A stretch of 64,000 bases of DNA, from the NCBI RefSeq assembly GCF_006345805.1, contig NC_043010.1:35464001-35528000 (forward strand). Reading direction: 5' to 3'. Origin of the DNA: Octopus sinensis. Its lineage: Eukaryota. A program made the translations under genes and the position numbers. Under the pieces are notes generated by a model. That model saw only the letters and a program-made list of their open reading frames with translations, did no database searches and was not told the origin of the DNA. Of this stretch, positions 40,542 to 51,888 are shown one piece after another. Position 1 is the first letter of the stretch; every line of letters starts with the position of its first letter.

Positions 40542-40997
40542 CGATTAGAGGCCACGTGGTACGTGAACTCACATTCGTGTTCGTTAATTCTAAGAGTGAA
40601 TGTAGGGGAGTAGTCGTTATTTGAAAACTAGTTCCGGAATACAGTGAAAAGAGAGAGAGTGAGAGGAGAAATCACAAACGCTTATTCTGACGGAATAAAT
40701 TTCTTAATTACCTCCCTTTAACAATACATTTTATCCTAGTGTAAAATACATCCTACGCATGTCCGGAACAGCATTTTTTTTTTACTAAACAAGAATGTAT
40801 ATTGCAAAATAAATTCTTCCTCTAAAAATATAAAAATCTTATTTTTTAACTTACTAATCTTAAAAATGAATATATTCAGGTTTGGTTGAACAAACGAGAA
40901 GACTTAATATATGAGTATATACTTTATTTTTTAGTCGGTAAAAAGTCACACAATTGACTAAAGGTCCGAGAGTTTAGGGTATGGCAATAATCAAACC

Positions 40998-41880
40998 TAG
41001 GCAATCTTTCGTAAACGTACACGAAAATTGAGACTATTTCTTGGATCTTCTCGATTTGAACGGCAGTTTTTTTTAATAATTTCCACGAAACTAAACACTT
41101 TTAAATTTCGTATACTGGTAGAATGTGTTTATAAAACATCTTTTTCTCTTGGCTTTGAGAAAATTCTATAGTTTGTAAGATATTTGCTGTTTTTTTTCTT
41201 TAATTTCTACAATTTCAACCAATCAATGACGTCTATTGAGGTAAAAAATATTCTGTGCCGTATGAATATGTCCCTCGTTTAAAAAACAGATTGGGTTTAT
41301 TTACATTTGAGAAGAAAAAAAGATACCCTTCCCCCACCCCTAACCCTAAAAGAGATTGAAATGCAATAGATCGATGCTAGGGTCATAATTATGGGTGACA
41401 ATTTCATATGACACTGCTAGAAAAAACTGCCGGGATCTTTTCGGTTTGAACGGCAGTTTTTAACATAATTTCTAGGTAACTAAAAAATTTTAAACTTCGT
41501 ATACTGGTAGAATCTGTTTATAAAACATCCTTTTCTCTTGGCTTTATTGAGAAAATTCTATAGTTTGTAAGATATTTGTTGTTTTTTTTCTGCAATTTCA
41601 ACTAATTGAGTTAAAAAGCATTCTGTGCCTTATGAATATGTCCCTCGTTTAAGAAACAGATTGGGTTTATTTACATTTCTGAAGAAAAAAAGATACCCTT
41701 CCCCCAACCCTAAAAGAGATTGAAATGCAATAGATCGATTGTAGGGTCATAATTATGGGTGACAATTTCATATGACGCCGCTAGAAAAAACTGCCTTTCA
41801 AACCGAAAAGATCCCATTTTTGTACAGAAGTTGCTGAAATAGTTTCACCCTTCGTATACAGTTAGGAAAAGATTGCCCAA
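40998..41880. mobile_element. TIR element (MITE-like) with an internal tandem duplication of about 370-390 bp and CCCTAA motifs
   Basis: Left end ggcaatctttcgtaaacgtacacg...ggatctt..gatttgaacggcagtttt mirrors right end aaaactgcctttcaaaccgaaaagatccc...cgtatacagttaggaaaagattgcc; internal units start at about 41043 and 41433. Confidence 0.75.
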
Positions 41881-42349
41881 ACTTATATGTATACGAATGT
41901 ATGTCTAAACAGTACGGTCAAATGGTTAAGAAGTTCGTATTCCAGCCACGAGTTCCAGGGTGTCAGCTTGGACAGATGCTGTTTTCTACATTTATTGACC
42001 TGAGAGAGTAAAACTGGGTAGACAGAAGCTATAGAAGCTTGTCGGATGGATTGTACATGCTATGTCATACTGATTTTGTATGAAAATTTCCCTGAAGATG
42101 CTCGTTTCTGTGGACTGCTCATCATTCAGGTGCAAGTAGTTGAGTCGAACAGACAACTAAATCCTCATCAACACCACACACACACACAAACATCAAGGAC
42201 TAGTAAGCATTAGGAAAGCCAGCCACAGGAACTATGTCAAGGCATAATGTACAAGCAAAACCCATTTAAGAAGGTAGTAAATCGAAATAAAAATAAATTT
42301 TGAGCTGTAGTATATTCTTGGTTATATGTATATATATGTATGTGTGTGT

Positions 42350-42850
42350 ATGGCACATAAAAAGCACCATCCGATCGTGGCTGTTTGCCAGCCTCCTCTG
42401 GCACGTAAAAAGCACCCACTACACTCATGGAGTGGTTGGCGTTAGGAAGGGCATCCAGCCGTAGAAACATTGCCAGATCAGACTGGGCCTGGTGCAGCCT
42501 TCTGGCTTCCCAGACCCCAGTTGAACTGTCCAACCCATGCTAGCATGAGAGGCAGACGCTAAACGATGATGATGATGATGATATATATATATATTAGGGT
42601 GTATAACTCCAAATTTACAAGGGAAAATTGTGTTGAATAACTCTCCACTGTGTGTGCGTGATCATTTTACGTCCATTTCCTATGCTGGAATGAGTTTGAT
42701 GGTTTGACTAGAGCTGGTAAGGTCAGTATCTACACTAGGCTCCATTGTCTGTTCTGGCATGGTTTCTCCAGTTGGATGCCCTTCCTAACGTCAACAACTC
42801 CACGGAGTGTATTGGGCACTTTTAAGTGGTACTAGCACCAGTGCTTTTAA
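42350..42850. mobile_element. Two RTE 3'-UTR fragments in tail-to-tail inverted orientation (about 42350-42590 +, 42655-42850 -)
   Basis: Family motifs and a (GAT)n tail on the first copy; reverse-complement motifs on the second. Confidence 0.75.
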
Positions 42851-43089
42851 CATAGCTCCATGTGTGTGTGTAACAAATACCTTCCTAGATTCTTAGCCAG
42901 GATTCAATATCTTGCCTAGATTTATTTCTATTACAGTTCTGTTGCCTAAGTGAACATTCTTAGGTTAAAAAAAGGGTTCAGATAAGATAACTGATGAAAA
43001 ATCTTTTGTTCAGTCTGACCTAATTTAGTTAGAAAAAATATAAATACAGAACCCAAAATTAGTTCTACCTCTTTTACCTGAGCACATGG

Positions 43090-45430
43090 GGGTAGCAGGG
43101 AACTGTATCAGATAGCCAGAAGGGAAGCTAGAAGACAGGTATTCAAGTTAATGGAGAAGCAGAAAAGGAGTTTGCCTATGTTCAGCCATGTGAAGACCAA
43201 AGACTTGAAGATTTTCGGATTGCAAGACAGTCTATGTGAGAAAATTGTGATGTCATAGAAGAGAAATATGTCTGCATGGATGGTGGCACTCTTGCATGTA
43301 ATGATTCTGCAAAGAAAGAAGCTTGGAAATGTCATTATGAAAAACTGCTGAACATGGAGGAGAGTCTGTGAAATGTTGACCCAATTGGGAGACCAGCTAT
43401 CTGAATTGACAGTATCTTGGTAGATAAAGCAATTAAGAATATGAAGACAGGGAAAGTTCCCAGCCCATCAGGAATCACCACTGAGATGCTTAAAATATCT
43501 AGTGGTGTGGGTTATGGTCTAGTCACCTGTATTGTAAATCAGGTGGTTCATGAAGGAATCATACCCAATGATTGGGGTAGCAGTACCATAGTCAATTGCT
43601 ACAAATGTAAAAGTGATACCTTAGATAGGAATAATTACAGAGGTATCAAATTATTGGATCAGATGATGAAAGTTATGGAGAGGGTCAGAACCCAACTAAT
43701 TGGGGAGAAAGCCTAGATGAGATGTAGTTTGGTTATGTGCCAGGTAGAAGCACCACTGATGCTATATTTCTGGTAAGGCAGCTGCAAGAGAAATACATAG
43801 CCAAAGATAAACCTCTGTACTTGTCTTTTGTTGACTCAGAAAGCCTTTGACAGGGTCCCCTGATCCCTTATCTGGTGGTCAATGTGGAAACTAGGGATAG
43901 ACAAGTGGTTGGTGAGAGCTGTACTAGCCATGTACAGTAAGGTGAGGGTTAGCAACAACTACAGCAAAGAATTCAGGGTACAAGTAGGGGTTCACCAAGG
44001 ATTGGTCCTCAGCCCCCTCTTATTCATCATAATTCTCCAGGCAATAACAGAGGAATTTAAGACAGGTAGCCCCTAGGAGCTCCCCTATGTTGATGACCTT
44101 GTTCTTATAGCTGAATAACTAGAGAAGTTTCAGGTATGGAAGCAAGGTCTAGAATTGAAGGGCCTTTGAATTAACCTAGCAAAAACCAAAGTTTTAGTAA
44201 GTAGGAAGGCAGACAAATCACAAATCTCTTCAGGTAGATGACCCTGCTCGATCTGTAGAAAAGGCACAGGTAGAAACTCCATAAGATGTACCTGGTGTAA
44301 GCTATGGACACATAAGAAGTGCAGCAGTATCAGAGGAAGGTTAACAGGGAAAATAGCTTTTGTGTGTGGAAGATGCACAGGTACAATGAACACCAAAAAT
44401 GTACAGAAAACAGACTTCATCAACTGCCAGCAGGGTAAGCTAGAGGTAATAGATAGCTTCCATTATCAAGGTGACCAAGTTAGAAGCAGAAGTGAAAGCT
44501 CCAAGAGCATAGTTGTGAAAATAAGATTAGTCCAGGCAAAGTTCAGAGAGCTCCTACTTCTGCTGGCAACAATGGGCCTCTCCCTCAAAGTGAAAGGCAG
44601 ATTGTATGATGCTTGTGTGTGAACAACTATACTACACGACAGTGAAACATGATCTGTGACAGCCAAAGACATGTGTAGGCTTGCAAAAAAATAAAGCCAG
44701 TATGCTTCACTGGATGTGCAATGTCAGTGTACATGTTTGACAGATTGTAAATATCTTGAGAGAAAAGTTGGGCATAAGAGGCATCAGATGTGGTGCGCAA
44801 GAGAGACGACTACACAAGTGTTGCTATGTGGTGCATATTGATGGGGACAGCTATGTAAAGAAGTACCGATCTCTAACTGTGGAGGGAACATGTGGTAGAG
44901 GTACATGCAAGAAGACATGGGATGAGGTGGTGTAGCATGATCTTTGAACTTTGGGCCACACAGAGGAAATTACTAATGCCTGAGACCTTTGGCATTATTC
45001 TGTGCTTGAGCAGACCTGTCAAGCCAAGTAAAATCGTAGTTGTGGCTGATGTCAGTGTCATGTAACTGGCACCCATGCTGGGGGCACATAAAAAGCACTT
45101 TTTGCATGTTGGGCCTCTTGAAGCACAGCGGCTGATGCTGGTGGCATGTGAAAAGTTCCTTTTGATTGTTGGACCTCACAGAGGCAATGACCAAGACCTT
45201 TGGCATTATGTCGTGCTTGAAAAGAAGACCCATCAAGCCAAGTAAAATTGCAGTTGTGGCAGATACCAATGTCGTGTCAGTGGCATGTAAAAGCACCCAT
45301 TATACTCTTGGAGTGGTTGGTGTTAGGAAGGGCATCCTACTATAAAAACCATGCCAAATCAGACTGGAGTCTGGTGCAGCCTTCCAGCTTGCCTGGTCAA
45401 ACTGTCCAACCCATGTCAGCATGGACAATG
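43090..45430 (+). mobile_element. 5'-truncated RTE-clade LINE (RT remnant plus 3' UTR)
   Basis: MVDKAIKNMKTGKVPSPSGITTEMLK, NYRGIKLLDQMMKV, VGVHQGLVLSPLLFIIILQA and the YVDD-region remnant ccctatgttgatgacc; broken by stops and frameshifts. Confidence 0.92.
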
Positions 45431-45859
45431 TGTACTGACCCCAGGTGGCTATGATGGCAAACAAAATGAGATAGCAGAAACATGTGCTTGCAAACAGGTT
45501 GTAAAATAGGAAAAGCAATACATGCATCATGATAGATACTGAACATAATTGCAGAGTTTGGTGCAGTAAACCTTTAGCTACACATCTATGCACATCAAAC
45601 TAAATGCAAAACATGGAAAATGAAAATACAATGTGAAAACATGGATAGGAACAATGTTTGTGAATAACTTTCTTTGAAAAAGAAATAACAGTTTGTGTTA
45701 TAATACAAAGTGCGGGAGTGGCTGTGTGGTAAGTAGCCTGCTTACCAACCACATGGTTCCGGGTTCAGTCCCACTGCGTGGCACCTTGGGCAAGTGTCTT
45801 CTACTATAGCCTCGGGCTGACCAAAGCCTTGAGTGGATTTGGTAGACAGAAAATGAATA

Positions 45860-47000
45860 GAATTGATATCCTAAAACCAAGGTACCATATGAAAAGCATT
45901 GTTCTAAATTTTGTGGTGTCTGTTCTTTCTTATTCTTTTTTTTCTTGTGGGGGAAATGGAGTGGGTGGGTTTGGTGTCTGTATGGGGAAGGTGGGTCTGA
46001 GTGATCTTGGATGGGATGGAGTTGGACTGGGGTACCACATCATACTCAGTGTCTTTTCTTTTTTTTCTCTTTCTCTTTCTGCTCTCTGTAACTTCCCATT
46101 CTTCCTCCTTTCCTCAATCTGTCTTTTCTTCCTCTCTTTTCTCTTCCATCTCCACAACTGTTTCCCCAGCCATTGTCCTCTGTAGAGGGCAGTATGCTCT
46201 AATGTGGCCCTTTTGGCCACATTTAAAACAATGTGGTACTCTACCTTCTACCTACACCCTCAGCACGATTTTCCCCAATGTCACCGTCTCTGCCAAGTTC
46301 TCCAGTTGCCCTCATCTGTCTGAATAGTGAGTTCAAGTGTCTTTCCTTTCCACCCGCCTTCTTCCGTTTCTGTGGCATGGAGGACAGCCACCTTCTCCTT
46401 GCTTCCAACAAGGACAGCTGCTGCCACCCAAGCCACTTCTATATCTGGTGGAATTGCTTCTACCCTCACCTTGGAAGTCTTTCTTCCAAGGTATGTGGGC
46501 AGAAGCACTACTTCCTCTGTTTTCACTGCTACAGTCGCCAGCTTCCTCACCTCCTCTACTGTCCTAAATTGAACGACTATTGTTCCATATCTTCTTCCTT
46601 TGGTTATGTATGTTATCTCCTTTGATTGTTCCCTCAGTGCCTTTTCCACTTCTGCTTTTTTTTCTTTTAACGAATACATCTTATAGGTGATCGTTTTCCT
46701 CTCCATAATTCCTTTGGGGAACGACGTCTACATGTCGCTGCTCACCTTCTGAGCCATCTTCTCATACTCCTTCAGACCAGCTAAGTCTAGCTCCCTTCGT
46801 GTCACTTCTGTGGCTTCAGCAAAACTCCTTATCTTCAACACTCTGTCCATCTTTATGACTGCCCTTACATGCTCCTCCTCCTCCTCCTCTGACAACTCAG
46901 ACCCATCAAGGTCTGAGTACATCTTCTATGCAACACAAAAAACTACGTCTGACTCTTACGAAATCCAGACAGCAAATAACCCAATGCATGCGCAGGAGCA
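45860..47000 (-). mobile_element. LINE ORF1 (gag-like) remnant with CCHC zinc knuckle; no ORF2
   Basis: ORFs 46728-46922 and 46281-46706 are one frame split by a single TAG; after a frameshift comes CFKCGQKGHIRAYC at 46189-46230, then an acidic/basic low-complexity tract. Confidence 0.75.
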
Positions 47001-47007
47001 AGCTTCT

Positions 47008-47230
47008 TATTTCTTTATTGCCCACAAGGGGCTAAACACAGAGAGGACAGACAAATGGATTAAGTCGATTATATTGACCCCAGTGCGTAACTGGTACTTA
47101 TTTAATCGACCCCGAAAGGATGAAGGGCAAAGTCGACCTAAGCGGAATTTGAACTCAGAACATAGCGGCAGACGAAATACGGCTACGCATTTCGCCCAGC
47201 ATACTAACATGTCTTCCACCTCGCCGCCTT
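47008..47230 (-). mobile_element. tRNA-headed SINE with a Nin/Deu-type central domain
   Basis: Minus strand has gagttcaaattccgc (B box) then gtcgactttgcccttcatcctttcggggtcgattaaataagtaccag; older copies at about 6000-6130, 28490-28620, 30170-30330, 54470-54600 and 59760-59970. Domain name is inferred from memory of the consensus. Confidence 0.75.
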
Positions 47231-47577
47231 CTTACCACACAGCCTCACCTGTGCCTGTGTATGTATTATCACCATCTACTGTTTGCAAGATGTTCTGGTT
47301 ATACAAACTAATGAAGCTGCAAATATTTTGATGAAACTGTAGCTAACTTTTTGCCAATGTTGGTAAGAACATTATATGAGAGGATTTCACCAGATACTAG
47401 TTCATTTTCTAATTTTACATGTTTGAGTATTTCATGTAAGTTTGATGAAACAAACAAGAGAAATAGGATTCAATATAAGAGTATATGTGCTTTTCCTTTT
47501 AATTAGCAGAAAGTTACACAAGTTATTCATAGGCTGAGTTTTATGAAATTTTCAGCTAAGTTACTTTTCTAACTTTA

Positions 47578-47941
47578 TCTCTCTATATATAAACGGCAAA
47601 ATGTTTGTGTGTGTATCCTTTATACAAATCCACAATTTTTCAGTTAGAGGGCTCACATTTTCTATGGTCATTCAAAACCGTCCAAGTGTGGTCGTGCTTA
47701 TCTTTACATTTCCCCAGTCACCCCGCAAAGCCATTAAAAAATCAATAGAAGTGACTTTTTTGTAAATTTTCTATCCAAAAGCCAATCAAAATGCCCGAAA
47801 CTTGATATGCCAATTGAATGCCAGCTAGCTGTATGTGATTGGTCGGAGATTTGGACAGTACTCACGTGTATGTGCGCACGCACGCAGCTGTATATGCATG
47901 CACTAGCACTATGACCAGGTGTTGCCGGGTCATAGTGCTAG
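47578..47941 (+). mobile_element. Non-autonomous Helitron-like element
   Basis: Inserted between A and T; starts TCTCTCTATATATAAACGG and ends with a subterminal hairpin and CTAG (47938-47941). Confidence 0.7.
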
Positions 47942-47990
47942 TGGGGATTAAAATAGTACTCAACACGCACACACACACACAGAACATAAG

Positions 47991-48394
47991 TGTTCAAAAT
48001 TCACAACAGCTGTTTCAGCAACATTTTATTGATGCATTCTCAGATAACATCATGGCAAAACCCCTCCATCTTTAGGTAAATTTCAAATATATAAACAGGT
48101 AAGGTAGAAATAGAGGCAACTAGTTTCCAAAATTCACAACAGCTGTTTCACTGGCAGTTTATTGATACATTCTCAGATAACATCATGGCAAAAAAACCCC
48201 ACCATCTTTAGGTAAATTTCAAACATATAAACAGGTAAGGTAGAAATAGAGGCAACTAGTTTCCAAAATTCACAACAGCTGTTTCACTGGCATTTTATTG
48301 ATGCATTCTCAGATAACATCATGGCAAAACCCCATCGTCTTTAGGTAAATTTCAAACATATAAACAGGTAAGGCAGAAATAGAGGCAACTAGTT
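47991..48394. repeat. Tandem repeat, 3 copies of about 135 bp
   Basis: Unit caaaattcacaacagctgtttca...ttctcagataacatcatggcaaaa...tttaggtaaatttcaaa..ataaacaggtaagg.agaaatagaggcaactagtt. Confidence 0.95.
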
Positions 48395-50019
48395 CACCCA
48401 CAATCATGGCAGACATTTTCCATTATGATTGTTGGTTAACTGGTGTCAATGCAGAATGTGCTACATGTCCTTGACTGAACTAGAGAATACTACTGTCTCA
48501 GCAAGAGGTGACAGATCAGCATTTCCTTCCAAGTTGATCCAGTTTTAATATAAAATAAAGAAAAGAAAAAAGAAGATACACCCTCCGTCCCATATAACTT
48601 CTCTGTCAGAATGATATCTTAACTTAGTACAACTTTTATTATGTTTGGTGAGTTGTAATGACACATTTATATTGGCGCGGTTACAAAGTTCGCTACACAA
48701 CTACGTTGTTTCAGGTTTAATCCCATTACATAACATGACCACAGTAGTTAAATTTAGTAGGCAGAGAACATATTTGGAGCGGTAGACTAATCCGCCATTC
48801 GGTTTAACATGACTATCTAACACCTTAATGTATAAAGTATGTTGCCGATAGATATCAGACACTCCCACCTCTCAGCAGTGTCCACTCAGTTGCAAGAATT
48901 CGGTCAACTCTTCGGTATGAGGACAACTCGCACTTTCTAGTTTCGGAAGCTTTGAACATGGGCGCTGCACTTCCTCCTCTTGACTAAATAGTCTACACAA
49001 ATATATAAATTTGAAAAAAAAAAAAAAAGCTTCTTTGAAAAAGTTACGGTAATAATAAAAAAGAAAGTAAAAGAGAAAGGTCCTCCATTAAATCTCATAT
49101 CTGTCATAAATGTTATGTATAAAGTTTACAGAAACAAATAATCATGCCAACAATCTCACTTTTGTGAAATTTAACATACTTTTGCTGACGCAGACCGCTA
49201 AGTTTAGCCGGGCTGGAGATTTTCTTTCCTGTTATGTAATTGTAATTGAGAGAAATTGGTTTAGAATTTAATACCACTTTTTATTTAAAACTAAATTAAA
49301 TGTCATATTCAAAAAAATATACTTCATCTGCATCCAACTGACTTTAACTTAGAAAAGAGAGAAAAAAAGAAATAAAAACAATTTTTGGTTCATACGAATC
49401 ATTCTCAGAATCTTTCCTCAGTCAAGTTCACGCTTGCTTTACCCAAAATGCAACAGGCATCCGGCTGATTATAATATTTGTCCGAAAAAAAAAAATTGAT
49501 AAATATTAATTATTCACGAATATAATTATCATATTTTATTAATATTAATACTTTCAGTCGTAAAGGAGTATGGATTTAATTTAATTTAAGCGAATAAATA
49601 TACACTAATGTCTGTCCTATTTTTATTTACTTCCTACCCACTTATCGGTTCTACGGAAAAAAATATATAACTTAAAACAATCATTTTTATTTGAGATATA
49701 TTTAATCTACATTTATTACCATTAATAAAAAAAGAAACACTTTCAGAACTTCCGTTCCAGCTTCCATTTGTATATATATATATAAATATATATTTATAAA
49801 ATAATACATTTCAGTGACTAATCATTAAAAAGGATGTCTCCTCTTCCATTTCTTTTTATAACCTAATTAGACTATGTTGATATTTGTCGTCAAATCAGAG
49901 TGTATAGAAATATAATCCTTTGAAAAAACCCAGATTACTTATTACCTAAATTAACATTGTCATATGTTAGAATAGAAATTACGAGTGAAATAAGAGATAG
50001 AAAGAAGGGACGAAGAGGA

Positions 50020-50160
50020 GGTTAAACTCCGCAGTTGATCCTGTCTCCTCCCGTTTCTGCGCGTCTAGTTTTCTACTACCGTGCATGCGCTGTCCGTTTA
50101 TCTCGGAGCTCCATTATTGTTCTGCTGCTGTTGTAGCGAGCGAAGAGGACAGCTTGCTTG
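50020..50160 (+). promoter_or_regulatory. Probable promoter/TSS region of the C6orf62-like transcript
   Basis: CpG-rich patch with a pyrimidine-rich stretch and an NRF1-like tgcatgcgc at about 50082, upstream of and on the same strand as the ORF islands and C6orf62. TSS not determinable from sequence. Confidence 0.5.
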
Positions 50161-50311
50161 TTCTCTTTCTTTATTCTTTCAGACAAATATTTCATTGCTT
50201 CTGGTACTGATTTTGTCAGTCAGCAAATCTTCCACTGAGTCTCATGCAGAAACTTGCCGTAGCAGGAAATATGCTGTCGTGCCTTTCTCGGCACTGCCTC
50301 ATACTTCGACC

Positions 50312-51133
50312 ATGGATGTTGACGAAGGACCCAGCAACATATACATAACAGCCCTGTTGGCAGAGAGACCCACCAACTCTTTTTGTAATTATAATAATAA
50401 TTACTATTATAATCTTTGTTGTCAACGCCAACGCCCCTTGCCTCAACAACTTCATTACTGTTACTATTACAGCTACTGTTATTATTACTATTACCACTCT
50501 CGTCATCTTCGCCAACTCATTGGAATCTCTTCTACTGCGACCAACAACACCAATCTCATTGCCGCTGCCCTTGCTGCTGCTACCTCTATAACCACCATTT
50601 ATATAGCCTTATTTGCTGTTGTTGACAGTTTTCTATTTCTTCTGTTTTTATCAGCGCATCAAAACACCAATAGCACCAACATAGACAACAACAGCACAAA
50701 TACTGACATTAAGACCACCTCTATTACAAATAACAGAACCAACATAAACTCCAGTAGAAACACCATTAACAATAACACGAACATTACCACAGTTGTCTCC
50801 ACGACGAATAACAACAACAACAACAGAAAGTATTTAACTAATACTCAAAGCACTTTTCTCTCTTTACCCGTCTCCTCTCACTTCTACCTCGCCAGTAACA
50901 AGTACACGACCATCGACATAGACCAGGGTGACATCGACAACATTGTCGGCATCAACCTCAGCAGCAAAAGGAAACGACGTTCGAACAGAAGTGACGGCGC
51001 ACAACAGTCAACACAATGTCTCGGAAGTGATTGCGAATGGGACTGTCTCGATGAGAAAAGCTTGTTTGAAACGATCAATTTCCTATCATCCTACTACCCG
51101 TTCACATCATCATTTGTAGATTTAATCAAATAG
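50312..51133 (+). CDS. Candidate upstream ORF1, 273 aa, low-complexity protein of unknown function
   Basis: ATG in strong context (gaccATGG); frame open from 50081; internal repeats are triplet-based; no homologue recognised. Confidence 0.45.
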   Translation: MDVDEGPSNIYITALLAERPTNSFCNYNNNYYYNLCCQRQRPLPQQLHYCYYYSYCYYYYYHSRHLRQLIGISSTATNNTNLIAAALAAATSITTIYIALFAVVDSFLFLLFLSAHQNTNSTNIDNNSTNTDIKTTSITNNRTNINSSRNTINNNTNITTVVSTTNNNNNNRKYLTNTQSTFLSLPVSSHFYLASNKYTTIDIDQGDIDNIVGINLSSKRKRRSNRSDGAQQSTQCLGSDCEWDCLDEKSLFETINFLSSYYPFTSSFVDLIK

Positions 51134-51618
51134 AACTGATAGCCAGAGAGAGATAAGAGAGCAACAACGATATTATAACAGTAATGATGATAGTAGCAAA
51201 GCTGTATTAAGTAAATTATTCGCAACTATACATACAAAACAAACATACACATTATACATTTAATATGTAAACAATATTGTATATTTATTTTGTATACATA
51301 ACTCTTATAGCAACATGTATTTAGACATAAGTTAACAGTGAATTTTCAGATGGGAGGGAATAAGGTTCTATCTTAAAACTCAGTATTTAAGCTTTTTTTT
51401 GTTTTTTTTATATGCACTCATGGTTTCTCAGAGTCCCGAATTAGATTTATGTAATAATTATTTTTATTACAACACATCTATTTCTTAGCTAAGCCAAACA
51501 CTAGTTTGCTTGTTGACTGAAAACAAATTTTTTTCAATATGCTTGCAAGTTGAAAGTGAATTTTTTTTTTTTCTTTTGTTTTTGGTGTTACTATCTGCTG
51601 TAAAAATCATTTTTCAGC

Positions 51619-51888
51619 ATGAAGTCGCTAGCAACGGGTATGAACGGGGTAGTTTCTGCCACCATTTGTGATAAACCTTGTTGTTCTTTGCCTCTGTCGA
51701 TTCAACTGCCTCCTCCACCACACTCTGTCGCCTCTAATACCACCACCACTGTTCCTCCGTTAATAGCTTTCGCCGCTGCCACCATTCCCATTGCGTCCAT
51801 CAGTCTCAGTAATACAAGCCACATCAGCATGCCACCAGCGATAACAACCGCTGCTGTTGCCCCTTGTTTGCAGACCCTGTTGTTTTGA
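51619..51888 (+). CDS. Candidate upstream ORF2, 89 aa, Pro/Thr/Ala-rich
   Basis: ATG (agcATG) 1 nt after an acceptor-like tttttcag; ORF coincides with a GC-richer island between AT-rich spacers. Confidence 0.3.
   Translation: MKSLATGMNGVVSATICDKPCCSLPLSIQLPPPPHSVASNTTTTVPPLIAFAAATIPIASISLSNTSHISMPPAITTAAVAPCLQTLLF

Noticed and set aside
37768-48394. CRISPR-like arrays (the 155-bp, 380-bp and 135-bp repeats)
   Set aside because: These are contiguous tandem units without unique spacers, in a eukaryotic locus with no cas genes.
48577-48597. Stowaway-like TIR (tacaccctccgtcccatataa)
   Set aside because: No partner TIR found nearby; a single short match.
48855-48959. Minus-strand 34-aa ORF (MFKASETRKCELSSY...) as first exon of a divergent gene
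   Set aside because: Weak donors and no downstream exons found between here and RPS3A.
50081-50311. GTG-initiated N-terminal extension making uORF1 350 aa
   Set aside because: It overlaps the presumed promoter; the ATG at 50312 has far better context. Kept only as evidence that the frame is open.
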